A stretch of 63,316 nucleotides of DNA, the filler included, from Craspedostauros australis (taxonomy: Eukaryota): the NCBI GenBank assembly GCA_030167865.1. It is 9 parts of 9 records of this genome, joined end to end, with 100 filler letters (N's around TTAATTAATTAA, not from the genome) between each part and the next. Parts side by side here need not be neighbours in the genome. Positions count along the whole stretch, not along the records: positions 1 to 20,272 come from JALAGF010004814.1; positions 20,373 to 26,285 come from JALAGF010004815.1; 7 more parts are not named here. One strand, given 5' to 3'. A model generated the notes under the pieces. The model was not told the DNA's origin. It saw only the letters and a program-made list of their open reading frames with translations, and did not search any database. Position 1 is the stretch's first letter. Each line of letters begins with the position of its first letter. Of the stretch, positions 10,902 through 22,488 are shown piece by piece. Position numbers and translations under genes: made by a program.

Positions 10902-13870
10902 ATGATCTACGCCAAGGCAGCCTTCGTCGCTTTTCTCGCTCTCGCCGACACGGCAACGGTCCACGCTGTGCTCCGCGGCAACAGGACCCCCTTGGACCCA
11001 ACTAAGGAACTCCGCACGGCGATGAACAAGATCCGCGCCCTCAAGGTCGGCGCTGATGACAACGCGAAGGCGACGAAACAAAACAAGGGCGAACGAGAGC
11101 CACCCACTGAGAACCCGGCTGCTGCAGCAACAGCCGCGCCAACCGCATTGCCTACTGGGCCGCCGACAGGCTTGATTTCGGAGATGCCCTCGATGACACC
11201 TGTGGCCCAGCCAACCGCGTCGCCGACCTCTCAACCGACTCTCCTGCCAACATCAAAGCCAACAGCCGCTCCAGCCATCTTCGATTCTACCATCGAAGTT
11301 TTTTGCAAGCCCGATGGAATCACCGCCCTCTCATCACAAGAGGTAAGCGCCAAGACCATCATCTGCGATGCGAACAAGCCATCCTGCCGCGAGGCCGTGA
11401 CTGCCGTGAGGGAATCCGAGCAGCTGCAGAACTTCTTCGCGTGCGCTGGAGACCTCGGGGAAGGAGCCGCACGCAAGCTCTTCCAAAAGTACTCGTCGAA
11501 TGACATCCTTGTTGGCCAATTGGTCCTGATCGCTGCCACCAACGCAATCCTCGTCACCGAACGTCCGGATGCCATGAAGGCAGCTTGCGCGGCCATCGCG
11601 GCGATGCAATCGCCTGCCGTCGCGGACCCATGCTGCCAAGGATCGTCTGGATGCACCTCAGTCACCGGTTCCGCCTCCAACTCCCCGCCATTCATGACCA
11701 TCGCCATCACGGCATGTACTGGCGACAGCGCTTGCAAGGACATGGGCCCCAATCCCCTCATCCTCGGTTCCTCCTGCACTGGCACGAGTGCATGCGAGTT
11801 GATGAATGAGAACGAGGCCAATCCCTTCATCACTGGAGTCACCTTCGTTGGTGAGATGGCATGCACCACCCCTCAATCTTGCGAGGGAGTGGGACGCCGC
11901 TCCCATGGCGATGTCACCATCCAGACCGGCGCATGCATTGGATCAGATGCATGCAACTCCGCTGGACGCCGCGTCGTGCAGAAGTCACCATCATATCGCT
12001 TCCGCAGCCACATCGACATTGGCCCGAATGCGTGNGTAGGNGCCAACGCCTGCAAGGATGCCCATTCCACTGTCAACCATGGTACTGCTGGCAAGCCTGC
12101 AGGCAGCCTGACCATTGGTGCTGGTGGTTGCGCTGCCGATGGGTCATGCGAGAAGATGGGCTTCAGTGACAGGATGAGAACCGACATCGTCGTTCCTCCA
12201 GCTGGATGCGGCAGTGTCGAAGGCTGCAGAGGATGCATGACGAAGGATGAGTGCAGCCCTGATGAATTCTACTTCATCAGCGATATCGATGGAGCCTGTC
12301 CTAAGGGAGGCAGCAGCTCGGGGGAAATCCTACTGGGGACAAAGTGGAGGAGTACTGTACTGGCAAGGACACCTTGCCCACAGACTCTCCAACTTTTTCT
12401 CCCACTCCTTTCCCCACACCCCTCACGTCCAGCCCAACCAGCGCCCCATCCAACTCGCCGTCTCGGACGCCCTCATATTCTCCGTCAGACGCGCCATCCC
12501 GAGCCCCGTCTGAGATGCCGTCAGATATCCCGAGCTCGCTCCCGTCGAGCAGTCCATCACAAGTCCCGTCTGAGGTGCCGTCCGCACAGCCCTCCGACCT
12601 TCCGTCCGAGGAGCCGTCAGCACAGCCCTCCCATCTTCCTTCCCCACAGCCCTCCGACCTTCCGTCCGAAGTGCCCTCCCAACAGCCCTCCCAACAGCCG
12701 ACCGAGGTGCCGTCCGCACAGCCCTCCCAACAGCCGTCTGAGGCGCCGTCCACCCAACCATCTGACATGCCGTCAGTTTCTCCAAGCTCACAGCCTTCGC
12801 AAGGGCCTACAACAACAAGTCGTCCAACTATCCTCCTGCCATCCTTGAACGTAGGATGTCTCTCAGAACCAGGTAACGGCGCATCAATGTTCAATGCGAT
12901 CTCTACTGACATGTTCTGCGATGATGTGGGAGGCACATGCGAGAACTTCGTCTCCATGGTTGATGCTCTGGCTGACGAGGGCAAGCGCAACATGATCAAG
13001 AGCATCTTTGGATGTGATGAGCAGGACCCTCCAACGATCGTGTCGACGGAGGTGGCGCAGGCACGCTTTGATAAGATCAAGAACGACCAAAGCGTGACCG
13101 AAGCTTTGTTGGAGATCGTGGAGACCAAGACGCTCTTCACTGGCAGCGCGTCTGTGGTGACGGATGCGTGCGGTTCCTCGTGCTGCACTGGTGAAGATGC
13201 CTGCACCAGTGGAGCTGGCGGCGGTGTCATAACGGTGAGCTCAGGGTCCTGTACCGGACAGCTGTCATGCTCAGAAGCACGTCCCAACGCAATCATACTT
13301 GACAGTTGCAAGAGCATAAATTCTTGTGGTCAGTTTGGCATTTTCTTTCCATCTGAGCCAGCTCTTGGGGTCGAGACCGGTTTCAGGGTGATCGGACCAG
13401 GAGCTTGTCTCGGAACGGTGAGTTGCGGTGCTCTTGGATCTAATGTCTATGGCAATATACGAGTGGGAGATGGAGCATGCGATGCAACCAGAGCATGCGC
13501 TAGCACTGGATCGCGCAGCACCCAATTGTCTACAACGGCACCGATTGTGGTAAGTATCTTCATTGGAAAGAATGCGTGCAAAGGGGAAAGAGCTTGCGGC
13601 GCATTGCATCAGCGCGCAAAGACCAAAATTGCAGGAAGCTTGACTGTCGAAGACGGTGCCTGCTCGGGAGACAGCACGTGCAGAGATGTTGCCAACACTG
13701 ACGATGCAACCAATGACCTCATTATCAAAAAAGGAATCTGCCAATTGAGCTCCTCCTGCCGAGACTGCGCCCAAGGAGAAATGTGTTTGTCAGACACAGC
13801 AACGTACGTAATTGCCAGCAAATTCACGGATTGCCCTGGACCAGAGGAAGCTGCTTGTCAAGAACTTTAA
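10902..13870 (+). CDS. Secreted Cys/Gly-rich protein of about 990 aa with two homologous CxGxxAC-repeat domains and PT/PSxxPS mucin-like linkers; single frameshift at a G run (12320-12324)
   Basis: Signal peptide MIYAKAAFVAFLALADTATVHA from ATG 10902. Repeated AC.G..AC/SC motifs and PSxxPS repeats at about 12430-12810. Adding one G to the G5 run joins ORFs 10743-12848 and 12344-13870. Confidence 0.8.
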
Positions 13871-14201
13871 TCATCACATACACATCTACACATACGAGCA
13901 TGCTCCAGCTCGTACTCTATGTTTCTATTTTGTGCTGGCAAAGAAGAGCACTCTGTGACGATAATGTAAAATCTAGTTTCGCTTTTGTCATCTACACTGT
14001 CTCAGTCACTAGTCGAATCAAGGACACCATCTGGGCACCAAATGTCTCTTTGTCGTTGTCATTGCTGTTGCCGTTGTTGATGTTGTTTTCCGCGGAATGG
14101 CAAGCAACGGTCATTGACATCATCACTACCAACACACAAATTGGATTCAAGTTGGGAACAGTCCTTGGCGAGTACTACTCCGCTCGCACGAGTTTGCTGT
14201 G

Positions 14202-14931
14202 TGTTAGGAATCGGAGGTACGCTTTTACCAAGATACCCATGATTACCGCACCTCCCAAGTTGTCAATGACGACTGAATAAATCGACTCTTGTTGATCGCA
14301 CCCTTGACCCAACGCGAACGTGACTGAACTCAGTCTCACCAAGAAGGACAGCCTGTCCTCCTCTAACATGACCACCATGGCAATGCACAACAGGGACTCC
14401 TGATCCAAGCCGACAAGACATCTCTTGGTCAGTGAGGTATATCCAAAAGGGGCGCAGGGGCAGTGGGTAGGAATCGTATCCCATTTGGAGAAACAGAAAC
14501 AAGTGATGCACATGCTCCTGACGGACAAGACCAATCATATGATTGACAACAAGAAAGATTCAGAAAAGCAATCAAGACCGATCAATTGTAAAACAGGTGG
14601 AGTCAACGACAACAAGGGATTGAGATGAAACCTGTGATGAGATGGATGCATGACTGCGGAATCGTACCGCATGAATGTAGACGAGAATGAAAGTAAGGAT
14701 ATGCATGATGAAGATGCCTGATGAAAGGCATCATGAGATTTATGCAATGGAGTATGATGAAAGGGCATGACGACAACGATGAATGCAGCAGTATTGCAAG
14801 ATGTTGCTGCAGAAGATGTCTGATATGAAAACGAAATCAAAAGAGATGATGAGATTGAGCTCGCAGTTCTAAAACGGTACGATCTAATAACAACTTAGAT
14901 TCTTACTAACTATAACCCCGGATTTCCAACA
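14202..14931. mobile_element. Family A solo-LTR-like insertion, copy 2, with 6-bp TSD GCTGTG
   Basis: TGTTAGGAAT...CCCCGGATTTCCAACA flanked by GCTGTG at 14196-14201 and 14932-14937. Confidence 0.9.
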
Positions 14932-15000
14932 GCTGTGGGAAATGAGTTGGGACTGTATTTAACAGTAAAGGGTTACATTGAAAGCTGCGGTAAAATTGTA

Positions 15001-16200
15001 CTCCTCCGTCCGCAAACGATTTCGGCACCTTGCCCGCTCGCAGTTCGTTTTGAACCCCGCTCAGTCCATATGTAAGCTGTGGTAAATTAAAAGGGAAAAT
15101 CAAGACGAGCTCAAACTGGTTTGATGAATGACCGATGACTGTCGCAGCTTAGCATCGGGTCATTTTGTTGGCCATGTCATACAATCTCTGCCAGATCTGA
15201 ACTCTCTTTGACCTTCTCTATGCATACCATATCCTGAGTACCTTGGTCTGACTCTGTAGATCTGATGTGATACCATTCGTATAGAGCATTCACCTCATCT
15301 CACACAGTTAGTCTATCTTCGATAGTGAATCGGGTTATCCGCTATTCTCCTATGCGTGCCTGCTGTGACGAATTAGACTAAAATACATACACGCGTCGAT
15401 AGACACAGCGTGCTGCTCATCGCACACTCCTACCTTCGTCAGACTCAACTGAAAGGCAATGCGTCACTCTGCAACATAGCCAATCTTGCCGTCCAACCAC
15501 TCGCCGTAGACAGGATCAATGCGTGGCTTCGCCACTGCTGCGAGAAACATCACCGATTGGATTGTGGGCGTGGCTGTGTTTCCGTATCGGACTGGAGAGT
15601 CTCCACCTACAATGCACCTTCGCCCACAATAGACAAGTGAACGAAGAACCACTTCTCATCCACGTGGATGACATCATTCAAGCTCTGAAGCAACCCATCA
15701 TCTGCGATGTGATTGCCACAGAAGCAAAGGCGATCTGCCATGTGCTTGTCTGTGAGTCCGAATATGTTCTTGATACGATGCTTCATTGCAATGCTCATAT
15801 CGTGTAGCGTAGTTGGTGGCACACCAGGGCAGCAGCAGTTGTGCAGATGGTTGCCGCATCGTTGTCGTCAAGCACCCGAAGGCGCGTCTTGAGATCCTTC
15901 CTATCCTACTTATGTGCTCTACTGCAAACATCATGATGTGGCAGCAACCTCCAAGATGATTGGAAGTTTCAGACCATAGCCTTTCTCACATTGGTCATCA
16001 TTTTCTGGACCGTGGTGCGATAAATGTCGTAGAGTGCCTTCAGATGATCGAGCACCCCTCCCTTGAAACGGCCGTTGGCTTACGACAGCAAGAGCGCCAC
16101 AACGATCTGAGTCCGTTCGTCTGCAGATAAACCTATCCTCTTCTTGCATACCGTCAATTTCATCGTCTAGATGAGACTTGTGACAAGAAATATGCGAAGG
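15001..16200 (-). mobile_element. Degenerate Tc1/mariner DD39D (plant-mariner type) transposon
   Basis: Minus-strand fragments DVIHVDEKWFF and VMFLAAVAKPR...WLDGKIG are hallmark motifs of DD39D transposases. TA followed by CTCCTCCGTCC at 14999-15011 resembles the CTCCCTCCGT TIR. The other end was not found, so the right boundary is approximate. Confidence 0.8.
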
Positions 16201-16369
16201 GCTCTTGTCTGAAGCTACGCACTGAGGAATTGGCAAGAGGAATCAGGGGACTGTCGATGCCAACAAGTCAGAGCGAAACGGGCAAGTTCCAGTGCGCAAC
16301 GCACAGCATTCACAAATGTTGGCAAGTTCCACACATAGAGACTATTTGCTCGACTGATAATGGTGGTGG

Positions 16370-17802
16370 TGGTGTTACGATTTCAATTCCTATTTCATTA
16401 CATTGTTGTTCCGATGGCCCGACTATGAGTTGGTACGCAAGATGCTCTCTTGCTGTTTCTTGTGTTTCTCTCTTTCTCTATTCTGTATTGTTACTGCACA
16501 ATACTACGTATTCGATACACACTCGATTGTCTCCTCTCATATTGACCTACTACTTCATGGGTAGTCATCAATATCTTGTCCAAACTCCTCCTTGCATAGC
16601 CACAATCTCCATGAAACCATGGTCATAGAATCTTTGGCTTCTTGTTCTGATGCGAAGTCAGCTGTTGACGTAGTGACACAATGACATTGTGTAAATGCCA
16701 GCTGTCGTTCCATGCTCCTTCAGATTCCATATTCCGTTGATGATGTAGATGGGAGGCAAGGTATTGTCATTTGGAGTTCAGTTGTGAAGTACATCGATCT
16801 GGACTCGATGTCACTTGTTTCTGTCAAATGGATGGACAGAGTTGGATTTTCGTGTGCTGTTGTGACACGATCCGGAAGGGATGGCCTAGTTGACTGCCAG
16901 ATTTGAGGAATCTGATGGTGAAGTCAACTTGGGGCGACCGTCTGGAGATTAGTAGTATGTGACAATGAAGTAGATTAGTGTTGTTGTGCTGATCTTGAGT
17001 TGTGCTATTTGTTATTTGAATAGTCTGCATTGTGAGTTGATCAGTTTGAGATGCAGGATGAAGAAACGATAGTCAATCTAAATGGTGCGGCTCTGCACTG
17101 ACCTTCAGAGGTTCAGTGCTGAGGGCGGACAGGTCCTCTCTTTCTCTCTTTCTCCAGTATCTCATCGTAGTTGTTCTACGTTCGAGTACTAAGCTTTGAC
17201 ACCTTGATTGAGGTTGAGATCAAGAACACAGGTTGTCAAGCCGAGGGAATTTGATGTAGGATTCCCTGCATGTGTTGAAGCAGGGAAGATCTCTTGACTG
17301 TTGTCGTGCAGGGTTATCAGGTTGGTTAGCTGACAACGGAATTCAGGTTGGCTGCATTACAATAGTTCAGGAGAGCACATAGTTCCCAGGGTGTCTTGAT
17401 CCCATTGATTCGGATAGTATTTGAGTCAGTGGTGATTCATGATTGAGTGTGGGAGAAGGAGGGAAAAGAGGGATTGTTCCGTATTTGTTGGTGGGAGGTT
17501 TCGCGCCAAAATTTCGCGCCAAAATAATTTCATGGTGCGACAAGGAACACACTGAGTAAAAAGTAGTCCGTTCTTTAGATGAACTTCAACTGACAGACCG
17601 AATATCTGATGCTTTCAGAAATTGTTGCTCACAAATTGCCTCCCGAAATTGTGAACACATTGGCGCGCGTAAATTCGCGATGTGATTCGCTCAATCACAC
17701 TTCGTTCATGACACGGACGTTTGTGCCGTTTGCGCCGTTTGCGCGTAGAGTACAAGAGAACAATGGGTGAGCGATGCACATACACATATGCACATTCCAC
17801 CA
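16370..17802. mobile_element. Family B dispersed repeat (probable degenerate solo LTR), copy 1
   Basis: Collinear blocks shared with 57984-58649: GACTATGAGTTGG..CAAGAT, CCTTCAGATTCCA, and AAGAGAACAATG.GTGAGCGATGCACATACACATATGCACATTCCA(C/A)CA. No clean TSD; left boundary approximate. Confidence 0.7.
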
Positions 17803-18781
17803 GATGGCAAGAATGAACAACAGGGCGTGCAGAGTAGAATAGAGTAGAAAAAGGCATGGAGCAACTCGGGAATACCAACAAGCAAAGCCAACACCACGCA
17901 CTACTAGTGTTGTGTCTCTTTCTCGATGGAGATTACGAAAACTGACGATTCATGACTTGATGGTGAGCACCTTTGTGAACATGTATGTTCCTCGCTTCTT
18001 GTTGCTTGATGACGAGGATTCTGTGCACTGTAACACAAGATTGTATTATGTACTATTCTATTATTGCTAGGTTTACATCCCAACATCTCTTCCTCGGACT
18101 TATTGAATTATTGACTGCCATGGTGTACTGGCTGACGTGGGTCATACAGATAGTCAGATGGCGGAAAGCGCATCGCGCGACGCGTCGTCTTGAGGGGCGG
18201 GAATGTCTCATTTCCCAAACAGGGAACCTAATTTCGTACCCGAAGCAGTGCGTGTTGGTACAGAACATGTTCTTGGCGAGCCAGGAGATCCTTGCGGAAC
18301 CGCGCATGTCAAATGTTGGCTTCCTGGCATGCTCTGCCGGAATAGTGCGCGCAACGATCGCAAACCTTGGGCGGGAAAGAAGTTGCACTGCCATGACAAG
18401 AACACCGTCAAGTGGTCATTCGCGATGCAGGACATTACGAATGCATTGAGAACCTTCGCTATGGCATTTGGCGCACGAAAGAATGCAGTCGGCAAGTACG
18501 TGGGTGACATCCTTCACAGTTCGGTGATAAATTACGACTAGGACTCTCCCCCACCAGAGAGGACTTGTTTGTCCCTCGCAGAAAACCACAATCCGGGTGG
18601 CACCACAAGCGATCTTGACCTTGTCCTGTGTAGCAAGAAGACAAGAGAACACAATCGCGCCCAAACCATTGCCTCGATTCTGATCTACCTATGGTACTTC
18701 AAAATCTCAATACACACCAAAGAGAGAGCACAAAATACCCACACTCCACTCCACTCCACTCCACTCGCACGAGCTACTCGT

Positions 18782-20272
18782 ATGTTCCATACGACCCACA
18801 CCACCATGTCACCGACCGTCGAACCCGTAACAAGCCAAGTGCTCCACGCCACTGAGCCCACATACGATACCACCATGGTGGCTGACATGAGCAACAGCAA
18901 CAACAACAACAACAACAGCAACAACGACAGCCCGCCGTCTCCTTCCACCATGGACAATCCCAACAAGTCTCCCGATCCAACCAGGAAACTGCATCGATCG
19001 AAGGAAACCGCACCGTGGCGATCGGGTTCGTGCTTTCTCGGACGAGAAAAAGAACTGAAGCGGCTCCATCATGTCAACAAGAAGGTCATGGAATCATCGC
19101 GATCTCGCATTGCCGACGATGTTGCCGACTCTCCCTCCAAGCCGACCATACAGGAAGAGAGCTCGCAAGAGACTGATGCCAATGAAAACATGTACCCCGC
19201 CGTGCTGGTATGGGGTATCAGCGGAACTGGTAAATCAGCCCTGATCGATCACTTTCTGCAAGAGTGCTGCACCTGCAACACAGAGCCAAAGCAGAAGACC
19301 GACAAGCAGAAAGAAGAAGATAAGAAGAAGACAGCGGCCAACACCTGCACCTGCTGCTACGTGCTGCGCGGCAAGTACGACGAGTACACCGGCGGCAGCG
19401 ATCCCTTCTCCGCCCTCATCCAGGCCATGCGCGACTTCACGTCTCAACTCAAGCGCGGACCGGTAGAAGAGCTCGATCGAATCCGCCGATGCGTCAAGGA
19501 AGCCTTTCCCACGGATGGATTCATTCCGCTCATCAAGGTGGTGCCGGCCCTTGCCATCCTCGCGCCCAACGCAACAATCCATGAAGACGGATCGATCACT
19601 CATCACTCCACAAGCCAGCGTCGATACAGTAAGTTCGTCACTGGAGCTATCAGCAATGCGGGAAGTATGAGTGTCAGCCAGAACCTAACCGAGGGCCTAT
19701 CTTCGAGTGCCATGCCAGCAGCGGCTCAGCTGCTGGGTGACAGCTCATGGAACCAGCTGCAGTACATCTTCATGCAGTTCATCAAGGCCATATCCACGAC
19801 GGAACGTCCCATCTACATGTTCCTGGATGATCTGCAGTGGTCATCCGGCGTTGGCTTGCGCCTCCTGGCCAGTCTGATGGAAGACACGGACCTCAAGAAC
19901 TTCCTCCTTGTGGGTGCTGTCCGACAGGAGACGAATCCGCACAACGAGGAAGTGCTGGACCTGCCACCAAATCATGCGCTGTCGACTGCCTTCTTGCAAA
20001 AACTCGAGGCGACAGAAGACAGCGATGGTGGACCCAGCCACGGCGCTTCCCACCGGCAACATCGAACGCTCAGCCACGTCACCATTGCAAACCTATCGTT
20101 GGCAGACACCACCGCATGGCTGGAGAACATGTTGTGTTGCGAAGACATCGACATCCTCTCGAAGAAGCTGCACATCAAGACCAACGGTAACATCTTCTTC
20201 ACGTTGCAGGCATTGGAAGAGCTGGAGAGGAAGAACATCCTCACATACAACCAAGCTTCATCTCAGTGGGAG
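18782..20272 (+). CDS. STAND/AAA-type P-loop ATPase (AAA_16/COG3899-like), paralog 1; truncated by an assembly gap
   Basis: FLGREKE, Walker A GISGTGKS, GKYDE, Walker B MFLDDLQWS, KTNGNIFF. Frame is open from 18569; first ATG at 18782. Confidence 0.88.
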
Positions 20273-20372
20273 NNNNNNNNNNNNNNNNNNNNNNNNNNNN
20301 NNNNNNNNNNNNNNNNTTAATTAATTAANNNNNNNNNNNNNNNNNNNNNNNNNNNNNNNNNNNNNNNNNNNN
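20273..20372. other. Artificial scaffold linker N-TTAATTAATTAA-N (also near 26330, 32649, 39059, 47368, 57928, 60343, 62051)
   Basis: An identical 12-mer with stops in all six frames, embedded in N runs. Confidence 0.97.
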
Positions 20373-20430
20373 CCTTCAGTGCTGGTTTGGGTACACTGTC
20401 CGTTAACAGTGTCCGCTAAGTTCGTTAATT

Positions 20431-20646
20431 TTGTCCGGTCTATACATTCTGTCCGGCCGTTTTGTCCGGTCTGTCCGGTCATTTTGTCCGGTTTGTCCGG
20501 TCGTTTTGTCCGGTCTGTCCGGTTTGTCCGGTCGTTTTGTCCGGTCTGTCCGGTCTGTCCGGTCTGTCCGGTCGTTTTGTCCGGTCTGTCCGTTTTGTCC
20601 GGTCATTTTGTCCGGTCTGACCTAGTTTCTCCGGTTTTGTCCGGTC
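20431..20646 (+). repeat. Tandem array of TGTCCGG(T) units, 9-14-bp period
   Basis: Well over a dozen copies of TGTCCGG separated by TC, TT or TCGTTT. Confidence 0.9.
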
Positions 20647-21699
20647 TCTCTTGATGGGCGTGAACGAACCACAATTGAAGTAAAATAGCGTAACCCTAGG
20701 TATGCTTTTTGGGATTTCGGCTGATTCACTTTTCTGTCTCAACGCAGTGTATTAAGTCCCGTTAAGGTAAGTCACGAGCTAGAAAAGTGAAAATCGGACA
20801 AAATGTTGGGTGTTCCGGGAACAAAGAGAAACGTCTTTGATGTTGACTGACAGAACTCTGTATGCATTGTTCTGTTTCTTGTTTCTGATTGGTTAATGGA
20901 TGTCTTGGGGATGTCCAGCTTGTGGACACTAGACAGCGTGTGGAATAGGTGTGGCTTCGCCTTGATCAGAATCTGCACGAATGGGAACAAACACGTTGGG
21001 AAAGTCCGTTGTGAGGATTCTGCGTGAATCACGGATTTATCGTGCCATTTGTCATACTGTGATATTGCGTAGACGAGGCACTACTGTGTTTATTTCGTGA
21101 CACAAGGCAACGACTATGACATCCACGTCGCTTTCGTTGAAGTTGCACCGTCCATCGCGCGTAACGAGCATAGTTGGATCAAGGAGGATTAAGCTCGTGT
21201 CGCAGAAACGATGAAGGTCAAGTGACGCATCATGGTTGACACAAGGAATAAAGTCTGCGGGTAAATCTGCCGAACGACTTTCGCCGCGGTGCGACTCCAC
21301 CTGACACAGAAGAGCAATCCGCGACAACAACTAGCGAAGGAAGAAGAAAGTTGGGACAGAGGAGACGATCACAGACCAGACATCAAACTCTGTATACACG
21401 CTATCTCACGAGAAGTCAAGCTAGAAGCTTCAACACAGCACAGCAGACACACTCCCGCGTTTGCTCCACCACACACGTTGTGGATGAATCGAGCCAACGC
21501 AGACAGGATGCGCCACGAAGCAAAACGGGTTGACGCAGAGATGGAGCAACACAACATGACGAAACCCAACAAAGCACCAACCTCATCCCATCCTCTCACA
21601 ATTTGATCTCGCAACTAATCAGCTCATTAACTCAAACTTCACGCATCACAAAGCAAAAGACACAAAACACGTCATCATCCCCACCACCACCGTCCAACC

Positions 21700-22488
21700 A
21701 TGATCGCAATCAACTCCACAATCCTCGCGTGTGCGTTCGTCGCCGTGATGCACTCATCGGCAGTCACAGCTTTCGCGCCAACCCACGCATTCATCACATC
21801 CAAACACCATCAGCAGCAACAACAGCAACCGCTCGCCGCGGCCTTCGTTCAGACCGCCACTGTCACTGCCACTGCCATTGCCACCGATACTAGCAACATC
21901 GAAGATGCCGCACAGCAGCAGCTCCAAAAAGCCAAGATGCTGAGACAGCAAGCAGAGCAGGCCTCCATCGATCTCAAGTCCCAGCGCCTGCAGAAGAAGA
22001 TGCAGCAGGATCGCTCCACCGACGAGCTCATTGAAACCTACTTCTTCGGCATCGATCGATACACGGACAGCTGCTCTCCGGATGACGCTCTTCTCAACCG
22101 CCTGCGCGACAGACGCGTGGGAGTCAGCACCCTCCTGCAGATGGTCGATCGCATCTTCGAACGTGAGATCCTCGCCAACAACAACGACGAGAACATGCTC
22201 GATGGATGCATCGAAGCATTGATTGAGCTGCACGAAGTCTTGGACGAAGAGTTCAACCTGCAGCAGCACTGCACCGCATGCGTCGCACATTCCGTGGAGG
22301 AGCATTACGGAGCCGGTAATGTTTCCCACAAACTCCAGAACCGATTCCAGCAGCTGCAACGCCAGACTCAAGTCGAGACCGAAACGGCCGCGACGAACTC
22401 CAGCACAGCGGGAGCATCTGACCGTCATCACGATATTGCGCAGACATCAACCGTCTCTGTTCCTGTCACAAGAGCAACACCGTTTTGA
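21700..22488 (+). CDS. Hypothetical plastid-targeted protein (262 aa)
   Basis: Signal peptide followed by VTA-FAP (ASAFAP-like cleavage motif), a transit-like region and a coiled-coil segment (KAKMLRQQAEQ). Confidence 0.75.
   Translation: MIAINSTILACAFVAVMHSSAVTAFAPTHAFITSKHHQQQQQQPLAAAFVQTATVTATAIATDTSNIEDAAQQQLQKAKMLRQQAEQASIDLKSQRLQKKMQQDRSTDELIETYFFGIDRYTDSCSPDDALLNRLRDRRVGVSTLLQMVDRIFEREILANNNDENMLDGCIEALIELHEVLDEEFNLQQHCTACVAHSVEEHYGAGNVSHKLQNRFQQLQRQTQVETETAATNSSTAGASDRHHDIAQTSTVSVPVTRATPF

Noticed and set aside
20317..20328. Recurring TTAATTAATTAA as a biological motif or piggyBac TTAA target
   Set aside because: It is always embedded in N runs and is an artificial scaffold linker.
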